Shown one piece after another: positions 55,859 through 64,000 of a stretch of DNA of 64,000 nt. The stretch comes from Octopus vulgaris. Its lineage: Eukaryota. The position numbers were made by a program, and so were the translations under genes. Where the stretch lies: positions 178,188,001 through 178,252,000 of the forward strand of contig OX597816.1 in the NCBI GenBank assembly GCA_951406725.2. The letters run 5' to 3'. Under the pieces are notes generated by a model. That model saw nothing but the letters and a program-made list of their open reading frames with translations. It made no database searches and had not been told where the DNA came from. The first letter of the stretch is position 1, and every line of letters begins with the position of its first letter.

Positions 55859-58733
55859 TATTGGAAACTCAATACGTACCTTTTGGCGATTGAGGAGTGC
55901 AGAAAGCGGATTAAGATGTTAATACAGAGGGCATTAACAGGCACCATCATTAATAACAAATGGTGGTACGCCCTAAAAAGAGCCATCAAATATGAGTCTA
56001 TTAGGTTTAGCATAGGTTTAGCTAAAAAGGGACGTAGAATAGGAGATGGTCTAGTTAAGGAACTAGAAGAAGCCTGGAGGACTGGTAATGCGGATCAAGC
56101 GCGGGTGAAAAGACTGGAGTAAACCAGCATCTTGAAGCCCAACACTTGGGACGTATTGCCAGAGCTAAGTTACGTGCGATGGGAAGTGAAGGAATCAAGG
56201 TTGCTGGATGGGCCCGAGTGGTGGAAGCTCGGCAAGGAAATAGTTCCTCTATTCGGTTTTTGACGAATCAAAATGGTGTTCTGGTAAACGAACCCGAGAA
56301 AATGTGTGAGGCCTTTCGGGAGTACTTCGCCTAGCTGTTCGGGGGTGACGGCGGTCCTGGTGGTGGGAGATTCCCCCGAGGACTTTCTTGCCGAGCTGCC
56401 GTGCCTCTCGGGGTCGGATGCGGAGTCTTGCGAAGGGCCAATCACGCCTGTGGAGATGATTTAGGCTTTGACCGACTGTAAAGCGGGTAAGTCGCGGGGA
56501 CTTGATGGCCTTCCGTACGAGCTGTATAAATGTATACCAGACTTGTTCGGGTATCTACTGGCTGATGTGTACGCTAACTGGCAACAGAATGGGTTTATCC
56601 CAAGATCTGTGCGCCGGGGAGTAGTGACGTTAGTCAGAAAGGACACGGACAAGGAGAATTTCAGGCCCATCACCCTGTTAAACGCAGAAGTGAAGATTTT
56701 GGCCAAGGTCTTAGCAAAAAGGTTGGCGCATGTCGTGAATGGTATAGTCGGGGAGGCACAGACATGTGCCAGCCCAGGCAGAAATTATTCGCTATACCAT
56801 AGAGAGGGTTGGTAATAAATCTGGCAAAGGTGGGGCATTGGTACATTTGGAACAGTCTAAAGCCTTTGATAGGGTTGACCATCGATTCCTGGTGACTGTG
56901 CTTGCGCAGTTCGGCCAGGGCCTTGGCTTCCTCAGGTGGTTTATCGCTTTGTACCATAACATTGACTCGATAGTTCGGGTGAACGGTCTCCTTTCGAAGC
57001 TGTTCTGCATTAGACGCTCGGTTCGTCAAGGATGTCCGCTCTCACCACTTTTGTATGTGATGGCTTTCGGGCCCCTACTGCGAAGGTTGAGTGGCATCCC
57101 GAGAGAACCAGGTCTAGAGGAGTTTGTTACAGCTTTCGCGGATGATATCACTATCAGCGTAACCTTAGTAGCACGCCTACGTGAAGTGGATAAGACTATT
57201 GAGGCTTACGAGGAGGTGGCAGGAACAAAGATTAACCGAGAAAAATCGGTCGGCTTGCAGCTCGGCACCTGGGTTGGCAAGTCGATGCCTTCAGACAGCG
57301 TTGTGGTGCGCTGGACGGAGGAACCGGTTAAGTTGCTGGGAGTCTGGTTTGGACCAGGCCTCCAGATAGAGAAGAACTGGGCGGAGGTATTGAGCAGGGT
57401 GGCTGCAGTAGCTAGACCTGGTCTTGGCGGTGGCTATCCCTGAAAGGGAGGGCAGAGGTGGCCAATGTGTTTATTGCATCGGTCATTACCCACCGCCTGA
57501 CCGTCGTGCCCTGTCCGGATTCGTGGTTGATCAGGTTGGAGAGACAGCTCTTTCGCTTTTTGTGGAAGGGCAGGTCGCCACTTGTGAAACGCTCTGTCTG
57601 CTGTCAAAAGCCTTTAAAGGGAGGTTTAGGGATGCCTTGGTTAATGATGTGCAGACACGCATTGAGGTTGAGGCACCTCTGAATTCTCCTGGATAGTGAA
57701 CGAGTGTGGTCTCCGCTGGTCAGACAAATGTTCCCCGAGTTCAAAAGTTTTTGCGAACAGGAAGCCTGGTGTTCTCGTAGACCGAGGTTGAGTGAGTGGC
57801 ATAAAGAGTGTCGTAAGACCCTCTTGCTATTCCGGCGCTCGGGCAACGCCAGCGGTGGGGGTTCCACGCGGATTTTATATAGTGGGTTGGTAGAGTCTGA
57901 ATGCGACGATGGCCTGGGAGAGACTCTAGGTCTCGGGTTTATTCAACTGGACAGCCTGTTTCACCGTACATTCGGGTTGATAACGTTGGACAACTTCCAA
58001 AAGTCCTTAACCTGGCAATGCTACAGAGGTGCCTTGCCCGTTTGGGATAAGCTCGCAAGACATGGTAAACGTCAGTCGCCGACCTGTCCAAGATGCGGGG
58101 GGACAGGGAAACCGTCCCTCATGCTATTGTTCAGTGTCTGGAGATAACTGAAATGTGGGCTTATGCTGAACACCTGTTGTCCAACGAAGGAAGAGTACAG
58201 CTGTCGACTGAGTCAATTATAAAAATTGACCCACCGGGAGTTCTAACGAACGAAGGTAAGAATTGTTTTCTCACGGTTGTAGCAATAGCAAAAGAGGCTG
58301 TATGGAAGACTAGGATGAAAGGAATTAAGACAGGCAACTTTATCTCTGGCCACAATTTACGATCATTTTTTTCTTTTTCTTTTCATTTGAAAAGGAAACT
58401 GTGGCTGGAGAAGAGGTGTCTGTCGGAGTGTACGTTCTAAAAGAGATGGAAGCATGTTGCAAAGTGTTGTGCGTGCAAGGAACCGTGTGAATAGACAGGG
58501 GAAAAAAAGGACAAAAAAAGGTACCAGCGGTAGATCGGGGCTTGTGGGGTCGGAGCGTGGCCTGATCATCGCTTCATTTGTATTGTCTTTGTATTGTTAA
58601 TTCCATTCGATTTTTTATATATTGTATTTAAATTTTTCAAGTCACATTATATGTAAAATCATATCGCTTCACTGATCCTATCAGTTGTTCTGTCCGTTTC
58701 TATGTTTGGCCCCCGGTGGGCAATAAAGAAATT
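55859..58733 (+). mobile_element. Tx1/L1-clade LINE, 5'-truncated ORF2 with frameshifts
   Basis: YWKLNT, GKSRGLDGLPYE, NFRPITLLN, KAFDRVDH, VRQGCPLSPLLY, AFADDI, GGLGMP, CPRC..ETVPH..C. Tail GCCCCCGGTGGGCAATAAAGAAATT. Confidence 0.95.
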
Positions 58734-58906
58734 GGTATTTTGTCTGTCTTTACGTTCTGAGTTCAAGTTCTGCCGAGGTCGACTTTGCCTGCCATTCATC
58801 CTTTCGGGGTTGGTAAATTAAGTACCAGATGCGTACGGGGGTCGATCTAATCGACTAGTCCCTTGCCCCCCCCCCCCAAAAAAAAAATTTCAGGCCTTGT
58901 GCCTAG
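58734..58906 (+). mobile_element. Meta-domain SINE lacking its head; begins exactly at GGTATT
   Basis: GGTATTTTGTCTGTCTTTACGTTCTGAGTTC...GGCCTTGTGCCTA. Confidence 0.85.
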
Positions 58907-59240
58907 ATTATTTTCTTCCTACTTGTTTGAATCATTATATTGTATCATCATTTTGGATTTCATTAGATTTAGGAGTGAAAATTCGTCAGCATAGTTGTTG
59001 TTGTTGTTGTTGCTGAAAGTGAGGGAGTCTGAAACATGGTCAGGTGGCAGGACCTCCTTTCCCAAGAATTTATTCCTCAACATTGGCTCCATTGTGATTG
59101 AGGTTGCTAATAAAATATCTGGATAATCTTTGACGTTTAACAATCAATATTCTTTTCTCTGTTGTTTTCCCAAACTAATGTCTAATTAAATAATCTTCAA
59201 GTACCAAAAAAATGATATCGAAAATAGGGCAAAGTGAATT

Positions 59241-59474
59241 ACTCTCTTTACTCTTTTACTTGTTTCGGCCATTTGACTGCGGCCATGCTGGAGCACCGCC
59301 TTTAGTCGAGCAAATCGACCCCGGGACTTATTCTTTGGAAGCCCAGTACTTATTCTATCGATCTCTTTTGCCGAACCGCTAAGTAACGGGGACGTAAACA
59401 CACCAGCATCGGTTGTCAAGCAATGCTAGGGGGACAAACACAGACAAACACACACACACACACATACACACACG

Positions 59475-59520
<46 letters not shown>

Positions 59521-59685
59521 TACGACAGGCTTCTTTCAGTTTCCGTCTACCAAATCCACTCACAAGGCATTGGTCGGCCCGGGGCTATAGCAGAAGACAC
59601 TTACCTAAGATGCCACGCAGTGGGACTGAACCCGAAACCATGTGGTTGGTTAGCAAGCTACTTACCACACAGCCACTCCTGCGCC
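59241..59685 (-). mobile_element. Young CORE-type SINE
   Basis: Full-length and highly similar to 60139-60532 and 63318-63722. Confidence 0.9.
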
Positions 59686-60138
59686 TATATATGACTAATT
59701 TCTATAATTTCTTCTCTTTAACTTGCATGGTCTGTAAATATATCAGGAAACGGACACTCCAGCAGGTTGTGATGGAGTTTTAGATATTTTATGTTAAGTT
59801 TTTTTCGATTTTTTAGCTGAGTTTCGTTAATGTCATATCATGTGCCTTTTTTCACTGATCTTTTTTCATTTAACTTAAATATTTCAAAGATTTTTGCATA
59901 TCTGATCTTTCTGATGTCTAGGGATGAACACTGATGTGTATGTGTCTGTTTTCTGGAGAAATGAAGCGATAAATTTATCTTATCTTGGCTTACTCATTTT
60001 GCCCCATCAAAATTTGTCTCTTACAAGTCGTATGCTCGAAGAGAACAGCGATAATTTTCTGAAATAATGATCAGATTATGTTATAATGTTTTTAAAGCAA
60101 TTAGGGGATACTATTTGCTTATTTGGTATAGTTTTTTT

Positions 60139-60532
60139 CTCTTTTACTTGTTTCAGTCATTTAACTGCGGCTATGCTGGAGCACCGCCTTTAATCGAGCA
60201 ACTCGACCCCGGGACTTATTCTTTGTAAGCCCAGTACTTATTCTATCGGTCTCTTTTTTGCCGAACCGCTAAGTGACGGGGACGTAAACACACCAGCATC
60301 GGTTGTCAAGCGATGCTAGGGGGACAAACACAGACACACAAACACACACATATATATACATACATATATACGACAGGCTTCTTTCAGTTTCCGTCTACCA
60401 AATCCACTCACAAGGCATTGGTCGGCCCGGGGCTATAGCAGAAGACATTTGCCCAAGATGCCACGCAGTGGGACTGAACCCGGAACCATGTGATTGGTTA
60501 GCAAGCTACTTACCACACAACCACTCCTGCGC
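60139..60532 (-). mobile_element. Young CORE-type SINE
   Basis: Full-length, with TSD TATAGTTTTTTT. Confidence 0.9.
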
Positions 60533-60561
60533 TATAGTTTTTTTTTCTTCTTTTTTTTTAA

Positions 60562-60967
60562 GGTAGTGAAAATATATTTTGTCTTAAAGTCAAAAGTGCA
60601 GTAAAAACACCTCATTTTGCCCCCACCCCCTTTTTTTCTTTTTCTTTTTTTTAATCTGGAAGTTATGAGTCAACAATTTCGGGGCCGCCAGTTTTGAGAT
60701 TTTCAAGAACGCAACATTTCTGTAACACGGCGATGCCTGTTAAAGTTACTAAGATTGAACACTGGACAATTTGTGCTGGCTTTAGTACAGTTTAGTACCT
60801 CGTCTCTAGTGCACTGGGCATCGCACTGGACGCTATAATGACCAACGACTTTGTTTCCTCATAACTTTCTGCAAAATAGATATTGTCGACTCGTGTGAAT
60901 TATTCCAAACTTCTCCCCACCACCACCAACCCTTCTGAAAAATATTTTAATCGTAATCTACACCACC
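60562..60967. mobile_element. Possible TTAA-flanked non-autonomous DNA transposon
   Basis: TTAA-GGTAGTG ... CACCACC-TGAA. Confidence 0.35.
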
Positions 60968-61303
60968 TGAAAGATATCCCTTTTTCTGAAATGTATAAAG
61001 GAACAAAGTCGTGGGGGCTTTTGTGCAGGTAAGCCAAGAAACCCCCTTCTTGGTTGTATTACCTTTTTGTTTTTAACAAAACCACGCTTGGCTAACATCA
61101 AACATCAACCAACAAGAAGGTTTTCTACTTGGATATTCTTTATTGGTGATTCTTGGTAAAAGTGTTTGTCGTCGATGTATGTTGGTGTGCCTTAAATAGC
61201 TTTCATATGAACTAAAGAAAATCCTAGGCTCTGTTGGATTTTGTTGTTTCAACGCAGGTCAAGCCTGATGCAACACTCTGTGCCAAAAGCCATTCCAGCT
61301 ATA

Positions 61304-61804
61304 TCTTCTTTATATATAAAAGTCAAGTTGTGTGTCTGTCTGTCTCCTACGATTTAGATTCCTAACTACTCCCACATTTTGCGGTGCAGTTTAACCAAAA
61401 CCGGGTATCTTATAGTCGTGATTCATATCGAGCCCTTCTGGGTATTAGCGCACGTCTACGATGAGTCTACGATTTAAAAAAAATTTACCATCATTTTTTC
61501 CATTTTAATGCATTTTTCGCTATTATATAAGGGAAGTAACTCTCTAAAAATGTCTACGATGAGTCAACGATTTAAAAAAAATTTACCATCATTTTTTCCA
61601 TTTTAATGCATTTTTTCGTTATTATATAAGGGAAGTAACTCTCTAAAAATGTCTACGATGAGTCAACGATTTAAAAAAAAATTTACCATAATTTTTTTTC
61701 CATTTTTAATGCATTTTTTGGCTATTTTCTGGCTATAACTCTCTAAAAATGCTTATATAGTAATTTCCCTTACAAACCCGAGCAACGCCGGGCGATACTG
61801 CTAG
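61304..61804 (+). mobile_element. Non-autonomous Helitron (type A) with ~98-bp tandem repeats
   Basis: TC...hairpin CTAG|T. Repeat units start at 61454, 61552 and 61651. Confidence 0.9.
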
Positions 61805-61918
61805 TCCATCATATTTAGGTTCGGGGTTTCTGTTTTGATTTTTTTGGTTCTCGTAGTCACTATTAGCTCCAAGAACAAATCATTCGATAGTGAAACAAAA
61901 TCGATAAAGCGAAATCTT

Positions 61919-62340
61919 GGCAATCTTTCGTCTCTAGTAGACCTTTCCGTCGATTTCCGTAAAAATTTTTTTTTTACATATGGGCTTGCGGGAACTTTTG
62001 AAGTAATGAGAGCGAAAGAGACTAAGAGAAAGCGATTGTATGACGAGGGAAGTTCTTTTGAAGTTACCGTGCATGTGAAGCATTGATGTACATGTGTGTG
62101 TGTGTGTGTGTTTGATGGGGTGTGGGAGACAGACAGTATGTTGTGTAAGTGAAGTGCTTCTGTTAGTGTGTGTGAAGAGACAGAGTAATGTGTGAAAGAA
62201 AGAGATAACTGAAAATTTTTACTCGGTGTATGTGTATATGTATGTATATTACTTCAAAAGTTCCCGCAAGCCCATATGTAAAAAAAAAAAAACTTTTTAC
62301 GGAAATCGACGGAAAGGTCTACTAGACACGAAAGATCGCC
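61919..62340. mobile_element. MITE/foldback element with ~88-bp inverted repeats
   Basis: 61919-62006 is close to the reverse complement of 62248-62340. Confidence 0.8.
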
Positions 62341-62614
62341 GAAATCTTTGTTTCTTTACTTCGTTTATTTTAGTCTCCGGCGAAATAAATTCCCTCCGTC
62401 ACGATTTGTGTTCTTCTCGCGTTATTTTGGGTAAATTTGACGTTTTACAAGAAGAACGAATTCCTTACTATGACTTATGGCGTCTAAATTGTTCACACCT
62501 TTCGAAATGCTAATATTTTTTTACCTGTTTTTAAGAAACCAAAGAAAGACAAAAAAAAAGACCGAATTTTAATGTAACAATTTGATATTTATTTTGCAGC
62601 GTCGCTGTCGAGTT

Positions 62615-62688
62615 GGCCGGTTAGCTCAGTTGGTTAGAGCGTCGTGCTAATAACGCGAATGTCGTGGGTTCGAGCCCCATACTGGCCA
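62615..62688 (+). tRNA. tRNA-Ile (anticodon AAT)
   Basis: Full cloverleaf: acceptor GGCCGGT/ACTGGCC, D-arm GCTC/GAGC, anticodon arm TCGTG-CTAATAA-CGCGA, T-arm GTGGG-TTCGAGC-CCCAT, discriminator A. Confidence 0.95.
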
Positions 62689-62696
62689 GATTATTA

Positions 62697-62711
62697 TTTT
62701 TGCTTTTTTTT
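62697..62711 (+). terminator. Pol III oligo-T terminator
   Basis: T5 and T8 runs starting 9 nt downstream of the tRNA. Confidence 0.75.
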
Positions 62712-63140
62712 GTCACGATTTGCGTAGCCTTTAGGTCTCCTGCTGAATGTTACCAGTTTATTTAAAAACAATAAGGAAAAGCGTATTTGTATCGTCATAT
62801 TTTTATTTATTTACTTATTTCGCATCCCCAGACGTGTATATTCAGATTTTGCTATAATGACCTTATTTTGTGTTTACTTTATATAGAGAGGGAGACAGAG
62901 AGAAGAGGCGATTAGAGAGACGGGGAGGAAGACAGACGTATATTCTTTGATTCATTCTACTTCTTTTAGTCGTTTGACTGCTGGACCACCGCCATTAGTC
63001 GAACCATTAGTCGACCCCAGGACTTATTTTTTAAAGCCTAGTTTTTATCCTATCTGTCTCTTTTGCCAAACTGCTAAGTTATGGGGACCTAAACACGCCA
63101 ACATCGATTGTATATACAAATATACATACATCATATACAC

Positions 63141-63248
<108 letters not shown>

Positions 63249-63267
63249 ATATATATATATATGTATG

Positions 63268-63317
<50 letters not shown>

Positions 63318-63319
<2 letters not shown>

Positions 63320-63488
63320 CGCAGGAGTGGCTGTGTGGTAAGTAGCTTGCTTACCAGCCACATGGTTCCGGGTTCAGTCCCACTGCGTGACATCTTGGGC
63401 AAGTGTCTTCTGCTATAGCCCCGGGCCAACCAATGCCTTGTGAGTGGATTTGGTAGACGGAAACTGAAAGAAGCCTGTCGTATATATG

Positions 63489-63519
<31 letters not shown>

Positions 63520-63719
63520 ATATGTTTGTGTGTCTGTGTTTGTCCCCCTAGCATTGCTTGACAACCGATGCTGGTGTGTTTACGTCCCTGTCACTTAGCG
63601 GTTCGGCAACAGAGACTGATAGAATAAGTACTAAGCTTACAACGAATAAGTCCCGGGGTCGATTTGCTCGGCTAAAGGCGGTGCTCCAGCATGGCCGCAG
63701 TCAAATGACTAAAACAAGT

Positions 63720-63722
<3 letters not shown>
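63318..63722 (+). mobile_element. Young CORE-type SINE (Octopus OR2-like) inside (TA)n
   Basis: Head GGCGCAGGAGTGGCTGTGTGGTAAG...GGTTCAGTCCC, CORE-like CTTGGGCAAGTG, internal TA/TG tract. Confidence 0.9.
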
Positions 63723-63758
<36 letters not shown>

Positions 63759-64000
63759 GTCTGGGGAGAGTCATTCTCTTTTAGTGCCTTATAATTTAAC
63801 ACTTTCACTGGTAAAGTTTCCGCTAATTTACTTAATTGATTTTCTAAAATTTTGTTGTGTCTTGCAACCTTCAGCACAAGAACTTACATAATCTTGCAAA
63901 CCAAATCCAAAACGAAATGCATGCATGCATGGATGGATGGATGGATGGATGGATGGAAATTAAGGGTATCTAAAAGTACCACCATGCTAGGTACAGCTGC

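Overview
AT-rich, microsatellite-dense eukaryotic DNA, most likely from Octopus (inferred from abundant tRNA-derived SINEs resembling the Octopus OR1/OR2/OK families). I find no intact host protein-coding gene. The only confident host gene is a tRNA-Ile(AAT) at 62615-62688 (+). The rest is a nested mosaic of transposable elements: Tx1/L1-clade, Dong/R4, HERO and RTE LINE remnants; three SINE families; 7-8 non-autonomous Helitrons; Penelope-like ends carrying minimal hammerhead ribozymes; mariner, Tigger/pogo and hAT fossils and MITEs; plus a 1.1-kb purine-pyrimidine-alternating satellite and a 0.8-kb polypurine tract. Almost all long ORFs in the ORF track are microsatellite artefacts. Most notable observations: (1) a Tx1 LINE and a SINE share a 3' tail and insert at the same GGTAT motif, which lies inside the SINE itself; (2) six minimal hammerhead folds, four with a CCGAnGA core variant; (3) an HDV-like pseudoknot in the 5' leader of a Dong/R4 element; (4) a HAL1-like ORF1-only element joined head-to-head to a Tx1 copy; (5) a foldback element built from two inverted tRNA-derived units. 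All calls were made by eye without database searches, and boundaries of old elements are approximate.
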